From Candidatus Parcubacteria bacterium (GTDB lineage Bacteria; Patescibacteriota; Minisyncoccia; Phycocordibacterales; Phycocordibacteraceae): 61,553 nucleotides of DNA. The notes below the pieces were generated by a model. It was given only the letters and a program-made list of their open reading frames with translations. It was not told the DNA's origin and ran no database searches. The number at the start of each line of letters is the position of its first letter. The first letter of the stretch is position 1. Positions 34,025 through 43,627 of this stretch are shown in pieces. The stretch covers positions 1-61,553 of the forward strand of contig JAKFXG010000002.1 in the NCBI GenBank assembly GCA_021731495.1, in the 5' to 3' direction. The translations under genes were made by a program, and so were the position numbers.

Positions 34025-34690
34025 ATGGACAACCCTAAAAAATCAGAGAAAGAGCTTCAGCTTGAGCAGATACTCCGGGCACTTGAGAAAAAGCCGGAAT
34101 TGCCTGAGCAGTTCCAACCCGAACCCGGTGCATTTCTGCACCTCGTAAAGGAGGCGTGGGGTGGCGAGATCGGGCGTGACGGCCGTAGAGGATTCCTGAG
34201 CGAAGAGAAACTTGCTGGGAAAATTCAGGAACGAGTCAACCATCCGTATACACGGAACCAATGGCAGACTATGTTCGGAGGAGGGAGGAGAGCATATCGG
34301 ACTATCTGGAAACAGGCTATACCGCGTGACGTTGCGAAGGGGTTTCTCGAAATTGCGTTCGCTTACTGGTCGGTGGGGCCCAACGGCTCATCTAGGCCAT
34401 TCGTCACTTCACCATCAATAAACATCGCGCAGGCCATTGAAAATGCCTGTGAAGCGATGTTTGGAAGCGGTCCGGCAGTAGTTTGCCGAAGCGTTTTAGA
34501 GCCCGGCGGGATTGATAAAAATGAGAACCTGTGTCCTCTTCTTAAAAAGTTGGTTGAGGACAATAACCAGCCGATATCTCTTCAGGATATCGAGTTTTCG
34601 ATGGAGATGCGTTTTCATCGGATGAAAAATATATCAGCCCCGATGCTACAGCAAATGCTTATGCACCGCAGGATAACGAGTGCTAAATAA
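34025..34690 (+). CDS. hypothetical protein (221 aa)
   Basis: AGGAGAG SD; divergent from the regulator; terminator follows. Confidence 0.55.
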   Translation: MDNPKKSEKELQLEQILRALEKKPELPEQFQPEPGAFLHLVKEAWGGEIGRDGRRGFLSEEKLAGKIQERVNHPYTRNQWQTMFGGGRRAYRTIWKQAIPRDVAKGFLEIAFAYWSVGPNGSSRPFVTSPSINIAQAIENACEAMFGSGPAVVCRSVLEPGGIDKNENLCPLLKKLVEDNNQPISLQDIEFSMEMRFHRMKNISAPMLQQMLMHRRITSAK

Positions 34691-34704
34691 AAATTGCGAT
34701 GATT

Positions 34705-34732
34705 AAAAGCCCGACCAAAGTCGGGCTTTTTC
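34705..34732 (+). terminator. rho-independent terminator
   Basis: AAAAGCCCGA-CCAAAG-TCGGGCTTTTT. Confidence 0.75.
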
Positions 34733-34874
34733 TTGCATCTTTTAGATGGGTCGTGTAGAGTGCTCGTAAAGCTAAGAACGGTGCCTAGCACTGGTCCAAT
34801 GGCAACTCGCGCAACGCGATTTGCTGTTGCGCGATTTGCTTTTGAAAATCTTTGATTTTCACCCAACAAAAGAC

Positions 34875-35495
34875 ATGAAATTCATCCTCGCCACAAAAAT
34901 AGGAATGACCCGTATCTTCGGGGAAGATGGCCGCGCTCGTGCGGGGACTATTCTCTCTGCCGACCCGGTGACGGTGACGCAGGTGAAGACGAAGGAAGGC
35001 AAGGACGCCTACTCTGCCGTGCAGGTTGGCCAGGGCGTTCGTAAGACGAAGAACATTTCCAAGCCGGTGTTGGGGCACACAAAAGGGAAGGGTTATGAGG
35101 CTGTTCGTGAGTTTCGTACTGATGAGGCCGCAGAAGTAGGTAGCACGATCGACGCGTCGACATTTGCCGTCGGTGACACCGTGCGCGTCTCCGGCCTTAC
35201 CAAGGGTAAGGGCTTTGCCGGCGTCGTGAAGCGCCATGGTTTCCACGGAGGTCCACGCAGTCACGGTCAGAAGCACACCGAGCGCTCTCCGGGTTCTATC
35301 GGTGGATCCGGCGGTCGTGCCGGCGGTCGTGTTGCAAAGGGTATGCGCATGGCAGGTCGTATGGGCACCGATCGTGTGACCGTGATGAATCTTAAGGTTC
35401 TTGCCGTTGATGTTGCCGCAGGCGAGATCATTGTCTCTGGCGCAGTACCCGGCCGCCGCGGAACCCTGCTCGAGGTTGTGTCTTCACCCCGTTAG
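34875..35495 (+). CDS. rplC: 50S ribosomal protein L3
   Basis: MKFILATKIGMTRIF...; GKGFAGVVKRHGF motif. Confidence 0.96.
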   Translation: MKFILATKIGMTRIFGEDGRARAGTILSADPVTVTQVKTKEGKDAYSAVQVGQGVRKTKNISKPVLGHTKGKGYEAVREFRTDEAAEVGSTIDASTFAVGDTVRVSGLTKGKGFAGVVKRHGFHGGPRSHGQKHTERSPGSIGGSGGRAGGRVAKGMRMAGRMGTDRVTVMNLKVLAVDVAAGEIIVSGAVPGRRGTLLEVVSSPR

Positions 35496-35502
35496 ATAAC
35501 TT

Positions 35503-36339
35503 ATGACAAACAACCGAAAAACAGAAAATAACGCTAGTGATATCCGCAAAAGCAAAGCGGGTGTCGCTACAGTATCTAATGGGGCAAGTAATTTGAATAC
35601 TATGGCTACTGCAAAGAAAACAGCAAAGACAAAGAAAGAATACGTCCCGATCGAAGCGGATATCTTTTCTATGGAAGGGAAGAAGGTTGGTGCCATTACA
35701 CTCCCGGAGAGCATTTTCGGTGCACCGTGGCGTACTGATCTCGTGCACCAGGTGACCACGGCTATGCAGGCGAACCTTCGCCAGAATCGCGCCCACACCA
35801 AGGACCGGGCTGAAGTTTCTGGCGGCGGCAAGAAGCCGTGGAAGCAGAAGGGCACCGGTCAGGCGCGTCACGGCTCAAGCCGCTCACCGATCTGGCGCCA
35901 CGGCGGTATCACATTTGGTCCTCGCAACGAACGCGACTATAGCGAGAAGATCAACCGCAAGATGCGTGTCGGCGCTCTTCTTTCGGTACTCTCTCGAAAG
36001 GCGAAAGACGGTGAGATTATCCTTGTGGATTCATTTACCTTTGCCACACCAAAGACAGCGACCGCGAAGGCTGCGATTACGGCACTCGCCAAGGGTGCAG
36101 GCGCAGAGCGGCTCACGACCAAAAAGAAGAATGCCGCGCTCATTGCACTCTCTGCATACGATGCGAATGCGATAAAGAGCTTCAAAAATTTTGGAAATGT
36201 CACGACAGAGGAGTTGCGCAACCTCAATCCAGTCGATGTGATGGCGCACAAGTACCTCATCATTGAGAAGCCCGAGGCATCGTTTGCCGCGCTCGTGGCC
36301 CGCGCCGTGCCTACCGGCAGGCAGGCAAAGTCTAAATAA
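35503..36339 (+). CDS. rplD: 50S ribosomal protein L4 (long N-terminal extension or later start at 35602)
   Basis: GGGKKPWKQKGTGQARHGS motif; position after rplC. Confidence 0.93.
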   Translation: MTNNRKTENNASDIRKSKAGVATVSNGASNLNTMATAKKTAKTKKEYVPIEADIFSMEGKKVGAITLPESIFGAPWRTDLVHQVTTAMQANLRQNRAHTKDRAEVSGGGKKPWKQKGTGQARHGSSRSPIWRHGGITFGPRNERDYSEKINRKMRVGALLSVLSRKAKDGEIILVDSFTFATPKTATAKAAITALAKGAGAERLTTKKKNAALIALSAYDANAIKSFKNFGNVTTEELRNLNPVDVMAHKYLIIEKPEASFAALVARAVPTGRQAKSK

Positions 36340-36345
36340 ATCATT

Positions 36346-36720
36346 ATGGCTATTTTCGGCAAGTCTCAGAAGACAAAGAAAGAAAAGAAGGACAAGGTCG
36401 TCCTGAAGCATCGCGCCCGTACTGCGGCGACGGTAAATGGTACTGCACATGAGATCATTCGCGCACCATGGTTTTCTGAAAAGGCACTCATCATGACCGA
36501 GAAGGGGGTCTATACGTTCGATGTTTCTACGCGTGCAACGAAGGCTGCGGTCGCGGGTGCCATCAAAGAGATCTACAATGTCGAACCTCGCAAGATCCGT
36601 ATTGTGAACCTCCCTGCGAAGCGCAAGATGATGCGCACGAAACGCGGAATCGGTACCCGCGCTGCTCGCCGCAAGGCCTACGTATACCTGAACGCCGGAG
36701 ATACGATCCAGTTTGCGTAA
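36346..36720 (+). CDS. rplW: 50S ribosomal protein L23 (basic N-terminal extension)
   Basis: IIRAPWFSEKA...YTFDV...ATK..V..A....Y.V. Confidence 0.95.
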   Translation: MAIFGKSQKTKKEKKDKVVLKHRARTAATVNGTAHEIIRAPWFSEKALIMTEKGVYTFDVSTRATKAAVAGAIKEIYNVEPRKIRIVNLPAKRKMMRTKRGIGTRAARRKAYVYLNAGDTIQFA

Positions 36721-36729
36721 TATTTTCGT

Positions 36730-37578
36730 ATGAAAACATATAAACCAACATCAAAAAGCCGCCGCCACATGACTACGCTCCCATTCAAGGAGCTCCTTTC
36801 GGGCGACGCGCCGCACAAGCCTTTGATGAAGAAAAAGAAGCGCCAGGGCGGTCGAAATGCCTTTGGCCGCATCACGACGCGCCACCAGGGCGGCGGGCAT
36901 AAGCGCCGTCTGCGCGATGTAGACTTCTCCTACGATAAGAAGGATATTCCGGCCAGGATCGAGACCGTCGAGTATGATCCTTTCCGCTCTGCCTTCATCG
37001 GACTTGCGCTGTATCGCGATGGCGCACGTCGCTACGTCATTCTGCCGAAAGAAGTGAAAGTTGGAACCACATTCATCGTCTCTGCAGATGCACCTCTTAC
37101 GGCAGGGAACCGTCTTCCGCTTGGAAAGATTCCTGTCGGTACCTTTATCTACAATATTGAGATCTCTCCCGGCTCAGGTGCCAGTCTTGTCCGCTCAGCA
37201 GGCAACTTTGCAGAAGTAGTCGCGCATGACGCAGGGTATGCGCAGATAAAGCTTCCTTCGACTGAAATACGCAAGATTTCCGACCTTTCATGGGCTTCTA
37301 TCGGAGCTGTCGGCAATGAAGAATATAATCTCGTCGTCATCGGCAAAGCCGGCCGCAGTCGTTGGATGGGTATCCGACCGACCGTTCGTGGTACGGCAAT
37401 GAACCCTGTCGACCATCCACACGGTGGCGGTGAGGGCAAGCAGGGTCGCGGCCTGCGTCGTGCGAAGACAAAATGGGGCAAACCGTCCGGCAAAGGTCAG
37501 AAGACGAGGACTCCAAAAAAATACTCAAACGTATTTATTGTTAGCCGTCGGAAAGTAGGGAAAAAGAGAAAGGGTTAG
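36730..37578 (+). CDS. rplB: 50S ribosomal protein L2
   Basis: GRNAFGRITTRHQGGGHKRRLR...MNPVDHPHGGGEG. Confidence 0.97.
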   Translation: MKTYKPTSKSRRHMTTLPFKELLSGDAPHKPLMKKKKRQGGRNAFGRITTRHQGGGHKRRLRDVDFSYDKKDIPARIETVEYDPFRSAFIGLALYRDGARRYVILPKEVKVGTTFIVSADAPLTAGNRLPLGKIPVGTFIYNIEISPGSGASLVRSAGNFAEVVAHDAGYAQIKLPSTEIRKISDLSWASIGAVGNEEYNLVVIGKAGRSRWMGIRPTVRGTAMNPVDHPHGGGEGKQGRGLRRAKTKWGKPSGKGQKTRTPKKYSNVFIVSRRKVGKKRKG

Positions 37579-37616
37579 GCAAGCATGCCCCGTCACTCGT
37601 CCGCGAGTGTCTGGGG
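37579..37616. repeat. GCATGCCCCGT...CTGGGG hairpin immediately after rplB (same family as 32614 and 50443)
   Basis: GGCAAGCATGCCCCGTCACTCG-TCCG-CGAGTGTCTGGGG. Confidence 0.5.
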
Positions 37617-37638
37617 AAGAGAAAGGGCTAATTCAAGG

Positions 37639-37680
37639 AAAACAGAAAACCCGCCGGCTAGCCGGCGGGTTTTCTGTTTT
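37639..37680 (+). terminator. strong terminator inside the S10 operon (rplB|rpsS)
   Basis: Perfect AAAACAGAAAACCCGCCGGC/GCCGGCGGGTTTTCTGTTTT. Confidence 0.75.
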
Positions 37681-37791
37681 GGGCCTGAAAATGCCATATG
37701 GCACCTAGGTATATTACATTGTAATCAATACCGTATTTGTCAAGGTTCTGAAACGGCCTAGGATTTATGAGGGTGTTTCGGAACGGTACAT

Positions 37792-37820
37792 TTGACTCCG
37801 CAGAGCCGTTCCTGTATCTT
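37792..37820 (+). promoter_or_regulatory. candidate promoter TTGACT-17-TATCTT upstream of rpsS
   Basis: Hexamers read directly, 38 nt before the rpsS ATG. Confidence 0.45.
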
Positions 37821-37857
37821 TCCTATATCCCGCTGCGCGGGCTTTTCATTACTTTAC

Positions 37858-38208
37858 ATGCCACGCTCACTTAAGAAAGGACCCTTCGTGGACGCTAAAC
37901 TCCTGAAGAAGGTTATCGACAAGAAACCGGCCTCAACCGGGGTGATAAACACGTGGGCGCGCCGCAGCCAAATAAGTCCGGAAATGATCGGTTTTACCTT
38001 TGGCGTACATAATGGCAAGCAGCATCTCGAAGTGCTTGTTTCCGAAGAGATGGTGGGGCATCGCCTTGGCGAATTCTCGCCCACTAAGAAGTTCCTGCGT
38101 CACGGCGGCAAAATGCAGAAGGAAATGGAGCAGAAGAAACAGGAGGCTGAGATCGCTTCCGCAAAAGCTGCTAAAGCGCCTGCCGTCGCCGCTCCCGCTA
38201 AGAAATAA
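37858..38208 (+). CDS. rpsS: 30S ribosomal protein S19 with a Lys/Ala-rich C-terminal extension
   Basis: [12 protein letters not shown]...GHRLGEF.PT core plus about 25 extra residues. Confidence 0.95.
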   Translation: MPRSLKKGPFVDAKLLKKVIDKKPASTGVINTWARRSQISPEMIGFTFGVHNGKQHLEVLVSEEMVGHRLGEFSPTKKFLRHGGKMQKEMEQKKQEAEIASAKAAKAPAVAAPAKK

Positions 38209-38211
38209 TAT

Positions 38212-38532
38212 ATGGCATACGCAACTCTCGAGAGTCATAATCAGACGCCGCGCAAAATGCGCCTCGTTGCTAATCTTGTCAAAGGCAAGAAGGTGTCAGC
38301 GGCACTCGAGTCGCTCCAGTTCCTTCCTCTCCGTGCAGCAGAACCGATTGCAAAGCTCATCAAGAGCGCCGCTGCCAATGCGAAAGAGAAGGGTGAAGAC
38401 GTGGACGCTTTGAAAGTGCGGTCGATCGTCGTCGAGAGCGCCGGAGTGCTGAAGCGCTACATGCCGCGCGCATTCGGTCGTGCCTCAGCTATTCGTCGTC
38501 GCAAGAGCCGGGTAAAAGTAACGCTCGCATAA
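38212..38532 (+). CDS. rplV: 50S ribosomal protein L22
   Basis: Family sequence and operon position. Confidence 0.95.
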   Translation: MAYATLESHNQTPRKMRLVANLVKGKKVSAALESLQFLPLRAAEPIAKLIKSAAANAKEKGEDVDALKVRSIVVESAGVLKRYMPRAFGRASAIRRRKSRVKVTLA

Positions 38533-38538
38533 ATTTAC

Positions 38539-39249
38539 ATGACACACACCGTACATCCTTATGCACATCGTCTCGGCATCATCCGGGATTGGAAGAGCCG
38601 TTGGTTCTCCGCCGATAAGAACGTCTACCGCGAGAACATCAAAGTGGATGAGACTATTCGTCGTTTCCTAAAAAAGCGTCTGCGCGGCACCTACACGAGC
38701 GGTATTGAGATCGAACGTTCAGCAAGCGAGCTGCGTATCATCCTCTCGACCGCCCGCCCGGGCCTCGTCATTGGTCGTTCCGGTGAGAATGCGGTAAAGC
38801 TGCGCAAAGAGCTCACTGACGTTGTGCAGAAGGCTACCGGGCACGCGCTCCCGGCCGGCAAGCAGGTGAAGTTCGACATCGTCGAGGTACGCCAGCCGGA
38901 AACGGATGCAGCAGTCGTCGCCTACATGATTGCTGAAGGACTCGAGAAACGCACGCCATTCCGCCGCGTATTGAAGTCGACGGTCGAGAAAGTCATCGCC
39001 GTACGCGAAGTCGAAGGCGTACGTATCGCACTTTCAGGAAGGCTTGGAGGTGCGGAAATGAGCCGTAAGGAAGAGGTTAAGAAGGGTCGTATTCCTCTCC
39101 AGACATTCCGTGCGGATATCGATTTTGCACACGAGCAGGCATACTTGCCCTACGGTGTCCTTGGAATCAAGGTGTGGATCTATCGCGGCAATGTGTACCA
39201 AGACAAAAAGACACCGGTGCGCATGCCAGAGAGCGCTCCTCGTGGCTAA
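38539..39249 (+). CDS. rpsC: 30S ribosomal protein S3
   Basis: HPYAHRLGIIRDWKSRWF...; KH and C-terminal domains. Confidence 0.97.
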   Translation: MTHTVHPYAHRLGIIRDWKSRWFSADKNVYRENIKVDETIRRFLKKRLRGTYTSGIEIERSASELRIILSTARPGLVIGRSGENAVKLRKELTDVVQKATGHALPAGKQVKFDIVEVRQPETDAAVVAYMIAEGLEKRTPFRRVLKSTVEKVIAVREVEGVRIALSGRLGGAEMSRKEEVKKGRIPLQTFRADIDFAHEQAYLPYGVLGIKVWIYRGNVYQDKKTPVRMPESAPRG

Positions 39250-39258
39250 TATTTCTGT

Positions 39259-39681
39259 ATGTTGTTTCCTAAAAAAGTAAAACATCGCAAGTGGCAGACG
39301 CAGCGTCTCTCCGAAAAGCGTCTTACACGTCCTGACACGCGCGGTATCACCGTAGCGTTCGGCTCCTTCGCGCTTAAGGCGCTCACCCCGGCGCGCGTGA
39401 CGAGCAATCAGATCGAAGCGGCGCGTAAAGTGCTCACCCGCGCAACAGCCAAGACGGGTAAGCTCTGGATCCGCATCTTTCCTGATCGTCCGGTGACTAT
39501 GAAGCCTGCGGAAGTGGGCATGGGTAGCGGTAAGGGCGATCCGAAGCATTATGTTTTCCAGGTTCGTCCGGGGCGCATACTTTTCGAGATGGATGGTGTC
39601 CCTGAGGCTATCGCCCGGGCGCATTTGCGCCAGGCAGGTATGAAATTGCCGGTCAAGACAACGATCGTCACGCGCGGCTAA
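39259..39681 (+). CDS. rplP: 50S ribosomal protein L16
   Basis: [11 protein letters not shown]...GSGKG.P..YV..V.PG. Confidence 0.97.
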   Translation: MLFPKKVKHRKWQTQRLSEKRLTRPDTRGITVAFGSFALKALTPARVTSNQIEAARKVLTRATAKTGKLWIRIFPDRPVTMKPAEVGMGSGKGDPKHYVFQVRPGRILFEMDGVPEAIARAHLRQAGMKLPVKTTIVTRG

Positions 39682-39703
39682 TCATTGCTTTTTTCTAATT
39701 TGT

Positions 39704-39913
39704 ATGGCAAAAAAAGATATCATGACGACCAAAACTGACCAGGAGCTTTCGAAGCTCCTCGCTGAAACGCGCGCCGAGCTCCGTACTGAGCGTTTTTCGG
39801 CTGCCGGCGCGCGCGCTAAAGACTCGAATGCCCCCCGGAAGCATCGCGCGCAGATCGCCCGCGTGCTTACCGAGCAGCACGCCCGTTCACTCCGTGCACA
39901 GCCGACCGCTTAA
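39704..39913 (+). CDS. rpmC: 50S ribosomal protein L29
   Basis: Short helical protein in the canonical position. Confidence 0.9.
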   Translation: MAKKDIMTTKTDQELSKLLAETRAELRTERFSAAGARAKDSNAPRKHRAQIARVLTEQHARSLRAQPTA

Positions 39914-39919
39914 TATCAT

Positions 39920-40195
39920 ATGGAACAGAAAACTATTCGTCCCCAATCATTCGTCGGCGTCGTCATAAAGACGGCAATGAAAGACACGGCAACGGTCAAA
40001 GTTGATCGGTACGTGAAGAATGCGAAGTACAAGAAGTACTTCGTGCGTTCAAAGAAGTATCTTGCGCATGATCCGGGCAATACGGCTCAGGTGGGTGACA
40101 AGGTGACTATCGTCGCGACCCGACCGATCTCGAAATTGAAGCATTTCGCGATAGATCCTACGAAGACGGTTTCGGCAGAGAGCGAGAAAAACTAA
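39920..40195 (+). CDS. rpsQ: 30S ribosomal protein S17
   Basis: GVVIKTAMKDTATVKVDRYVKNAKYKKY...HD. Confidence 0.95.
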   Translation: MEQKTIRPQSFVGVVIKTAMKDTATVKVDRYVKNAKYKKYFVRSKKYLAHDPGNTAQVGDKVTIVATRPISKLKHFAIDPTKTVSAESEKN

Positions 40196-40196
40196 T

Positions 40197-40574
40197 ATGT
40201 TGCAACCTCAATCCATCGTTTCGGTAGCAGACAATTCCGGCGGACAAATCGCCCGGATTTTCAAAGTGCTTGGAGGCTCTAAGCGCCGCTATGCGGAGAT
40301 TGGGGACGTGGTTGTGGTGTCCATTCAGACTGCTGCGCCGCGCAAGGCCGTAAAGAAAAAGGATATCTTTCGCGCCGTTGTCGTGCGACAGGTGAAGCCG
40401 TTCGGCCGCAAAGACGGCTCGTACATTCGCTTTGATGAGAATGCGGTCGTGCTCATCGAGAAACAGGGTAAGGAAATGGCTCCGAAAGGAAACCGCATTT
40501 TCGGTCCGGTACCACGCGAACTTTCCGAACTCGGGTGGCATTCTATCGTTTCGCTCGCTCCAGAAGTCGTTTAA
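40197..40574 (+). CDS. rplN: 50S ribosomal protein L14
   Basis: MLQPQSIVSVADNSGG.... Confidence 0.97.
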   Translation: MLQPQSIVSVADNSGGQIARIFKVLGGSKRRYAEIGDVVVVSIQTAAPRKAVKKKDIFRAVVVRQVKPFGRKDGSYIRFDENAVVLIEKQGKEMAPKGNRIFGPVPRELSELGWHSIVSLAPEVV

Positions 40575-40584
40575 TTATTTTTAT

Positions 40585-40821
40585 ATGCACGTAAAAAAAG
40601 GAGACAAGGTACAAATCATCGCAGGAAAGGACAAAGGAAAGTCCGGCGTGATTGTTCGCGCATTGCCGAAAGAAAATGCAGTAGTTATTGACGGTATCGC
40701 GCTCTACAAGCGTCACCTGAAAGGAGGACAGGGGAAGGTGGGGCAGATTGTTGAACGTCCACGACCAATTGATGCGTCAAACGTTAAGCGTCTAGAATCA
40801 GCTAAGGGCGTAAAGAAATAA
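40585..40821 (+). CDS. rplX: 50S ribosomal protein L24
   Basis: MHVKKGDKVQIIAGKDKGKSG. Confidence 0.93.
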   Translation: MHVKKGDKVQIIAGKDKGKSGVIVRALPKENAVVIDGIALYKRHLKGGQGKVGQIVERPRPIDASNVKRLESAKGVKK

Positions 40822-40828
40822 TTGCAAT

Positions 40829-41380
40829 ATGTCTATCACCAAACAACTCCAGCAATCTGCCTATCTCGCGCTCGCGGAAATGTTCGGCTACACGAGTTCC
40901 ATGCAGGGCCCACGCATTCAGAAAGTCATCGTCTCTTCCGGTGTGGGTAAGAAGCGTGACAAAAAGCAGCTTGAGATCATTCAGGACCGTCTTGCGAAGA
41001 TCACGGGACAGAAGTCGGCTCCGCGTCCTGCTCGTCTCTCCATCGCGTCTTTCAAAGTACGCGAGGGGGATACGGTCGGTCTCCAGGTGACGCTCCGCGG
41101 TGCTCGGATGTATGACTTCCTCGATAAGCTCGTGCATATTGCACTCCCTCGTACACGCGACTTCCGCGGCCTCAAAGCTTCGGCAATCGACGACATGGGG
41201 AACCTCACTATCGGTATCAAGGAAAACACTATCTTCCCGGAGACCTCGGATGAGGATCTCAAGGACGTTTTTGGCTTTGCTGTTACCATCGTGACGACCG
41301 CAAAAGGGAAGGCCGAGGCCGAGGCTTTCTTCCGTCACCTCGGGTTCCCGCTTATCGTTGACGCGAGCGTAAAACGCTGA
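40829..41380 (+). CDS. rplE: 50S ribosomal protein L5
   Basis: Family sequence and operon position. Confidence 0.96.
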   Translation: MSITKQLQQSAYLALAEMFGYTSSMQGPRIQKVIVSSGVGKKRDKKQLEIIQDRLAKITGQKSAPRPARLSIASFKVREGDTVGLQVTLRGARMYDFLDKLVHIALPRTRDFRGLKASAIDDMGNLTIGIKENTIFPETSDEDLKDVFGFAVTIVTTAKGKAEAEAFFRHLGFPLIVDASVKR

Positions 41381-41420
41381 TATTCTCTGACTACGCTCTT
41401 CGAGGCTTTATTTTTTTCTC

Positions 41421-41690
41421 ATGGCAAAGAAATCCCAGCTGGCGCGATACGCCAAAAAGCTCAAACTTGTTAAGAAGTACGCAGTAAAGCGTGCGGCTTT
41501 GAAGTTGGCTGGTGATTCCGAAGGCCTCCAAGCGCTCCCGAGAAACTCTTCGCCGGTGCGCCTTAAGAACCGTTGTGCGATCACTGGTCGCTCACGCGGG
41601 TATATGCGCACCTTCGGCCTCTCGCGCATTCAGTTTCGTGAACTCGCCCTCGAGGGAAAGATCCCTGGAGTAAAGAAAGCATCATGGTAA
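41421..41690 (+). CDS. rpsN: 30S ribosomal protein S14 (89 aa, no Cys zinc motif)
   Basis: ...[35 protein letters not shown]. Confidence 0.95.
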   Translation: MAKKSQLARYAKKLKLVKKYAVKRAALKLAGDSEGLQALPRNSSPVRLKNRCAITGRSRGYMRTFGLSRIQFRELALEGKIPGVKKASW

Positions 41691-42088
41691 GCGACCGCGT
41701 CGGCGATTTTATCATTCGTCTTCAGAACGCCGCTCGTATCGGCAAGGCTGAAGTGTTGGTGCCGTACTCAGTACATATCACTGCCATTGCGAAAAAATTG
41801 AAGGAACTTGGTTTTGTATCTGCTGTTGAGGTCAAGGCGAAAGGGGAGAGCGAGGTGAAAAAGGATGTCGCCGTGACGCTTGCCTATGATGAACATGGTC
41901 AGCCGAAGTTGCGCGGAGTGAAGCGCATCAGCAAACCAGGCCGTCGGCTCTATCTTCCATACACCGAGGCTCACCGCGTGAAGGGCGGCACGGGCGCGCG
42001 TCTTATTTCGTCTTCGACGGGTATCATTTCCGATAGAGAGGCCCGCAAGAATCACACGGGCGGTGAGAATCTTTTTGAGATTTGGTAA
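41684..42088 (+). CDS. rpsH: 30S ribosomal protein S8
   Basis: [13 protein letters not shown]...; overlaps the rpsN stop. Confidence 0.96.
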   Translation: MVSDRVGDFIIRLQNAARIGKAEVLVPYSVHITAIAKKLKELGFVSAVEVKAKGESEVKKDVAVTLAYDEHGQPKLRGVKRISKPGRRLYLPYTEAHRVKGGTGARLISSSTGIISDREARKNHTGGENLFEIW

Positions 42089-42098
42089 ATACATAGTT

Positions 42099-42629
42099 AT
42101 GAGTCGTCTTGCAAAGAAACCAATAGCCGTAGGAAAGACCGATGTCTCGGTGGCTGGCGGTGTGCTCACGGTGAAAGGTCCGAAGGGGACACTTACGAAG
42201 CGTGTGCATCCACTGGTAGATATCGCCGTCGATGCAACAGGCGTCATGATCACTCCGAAAGATCGCTCACGTCTTGCGAAGGCGCTCACCGGAACTTTTG
42301 CATCACACGTGAAGAATATGGTCCAGGGTGTTGAGACTCCGTACATGAAAAAACTTATCCTTGAAGGCGTCGGCTACAAGATGGAAGTCAAAGGGAAGGA
42401 CGTCGTTCTTACAGTTGGTTTCTCTCACACTGTGCCGCTTGCGATACCGGAAGACGTTACCGCAACTGCCGAGAAAAACGTCATGAAACTTGAGAGTGTA
42501 AACAAGGAGTCAGTCGGACAGTTCGCCGCGAACGTTCGTCGTGTGAAGCCGCCAGAGCCCTACCTTGGAAAGGGTATTCACTACGAGGGAGAAGTTGTCC
42601 GTCGCAAGCAGGGTAAGAAGGCCGTCTAA
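42099..42629 (+). CDS. rplF: 50S ribosomal protein L6
   Basis: MSRLAKKPIAV...; start at the internal Met of the track ORF. Confidence 0.95.
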   Translation: MSRLAKKPIAVGKTDVSVAGGVLTVKGPKGTLTKRVHPLVDIAVDATGVMITPKDRSRLAKALTGTFASHVKNMVQGVETPYMKKLILEGVGYKMEVKGKDVVLTVGFSHTVPLAIPEDVTATAEKNVMKLESVNKESVGQFAANVRRVKPPEPYLGKGIHYEGEVVRRKQGKKAV

Positions 42630-42632
42630 TAT

Positions 42633-42983
42633 ATGAATCACAAACCTACATCAACCAGCGAACTCCGTAAGCGCCGCCATGCGCGCGTTCGTGCGCTCGT
42701 GAAAGGCACTCCGGAGCGTCCACGCCTTGCGGTCTTTCGAAGTAATCGATTTGTATCGGCACAGCTTATTGACGACGTAGCAGGGAAGACGGTGGCTGCG
42801 TCGCACGGTCGTGAGTTCAAAGGCTCACAATCAGTGCAGGCCACGTCGGTGGGTACTGCAATTGCAGAAAAAGCAAAGACGGCTGGCATCACCACAATCG
42901 TTTTTGACCGTGGCGGCTACCGCTACATCGGACAGGTCAAAGCACTTGCGGACGCTGCGCGTGCGGGGGGTCTCACTTTTTAA
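42633..42983 (+). CDS. rplR: 50S ribosomal protein L18
   Basis: [18 protein letters not shown]....FDRGGY.Y.G.V.A.A.AAR..GL.F. Confidence 0.96.
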   Translation: MNHKPTSTSELRKRRHARVRALVKGTPERPRLAVFRSNRFVSAQLIDDVAGKTVAASHGREFKGSQSVQATSVGTAIAEKAKTAGITTIVFDRGGYRYIGQVKALADAARAGGLTF

Positions 42984-42989
42984 TACTTT

Positions 42990-43616
42990 ATGGATACATC
43001 GATGGAACAGGAGACGACACAAGAAATAGAAGGAGCACCGGCACTTGAGGTCGCTGAAACGACGCCGGTTGAGGCTGCACCCGCCGCAGCGGTAGCTCCA
43101 TCTGCAACTCGTACCGGCGGCCGTGGAGCACTTCGCGGTCGCGCCCCACGGGCAGGTGGCCGCGCTCGTCCGCCGCGCGAGCGTGGAGAGTTTGAGCAAG
43201 TGACCATCGACGCGCGCCGCGTGGCCCGTGTTATGGCAGGCGGTCGCCGCTTTAACTTCAGTCTTGTTGTGGTCATTGGCGATCGAAAAGGTCGTGTGGG
43301 AGTTGGTCTTGGGAAGGGTCTCGACACTGCGCTTGCGATAGACAAAGCGACACGAGATGCAAAGAAACATTTGTTTATCGTCCCGCGCACCGCTTCAGGT
43401 TCCATCCCACACCAGGTTTCTATGAAATATTCCTCGTCCACGGTCGAGATAATCCCCTCAAAGGGCCGCGGTCTTGTCGCCGGCTCAGCGATGCGCACGG
43501 TGCTCGACCTCGCGGGCGTCACCGATGTTGTGACGAAGATACATTCTCGTTCCAAGAACAAGCTCACCATCGCGCGCGCAACAGTCGCCGCTTTAAGGAA
43601 ACTCCGCGCGAAATAA
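42990..43616 (+). CDS. rpsE: 30S ribosomal protein S5 with an acidic/Ala-Arg-rich N-terminal extension
   Basis: RRFNFSLVVVIGDRKGRVGVGLGKG core. Confidence 0.96.
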   Translation: MDTSMEQETTQEIEGAPALEVAETTPVEAAPAAAVAPSATRTGGRGALRGRAPRAGGRARPPRERGEFEQVTIDARRVARVMAGGRRFNFSLVVVIGDRKGRVGVGLGKGLDTALAIDKATRDAKKHLFIVPRTASGSIPHQVSMKYSSSTVEIIPSKGRGLVAGSAMRTVLDLAGVTDVVTKIHSRSKNKLTIARATVAALRKLRAK

Positions 43617-43627
43617 TCATACTGGGT

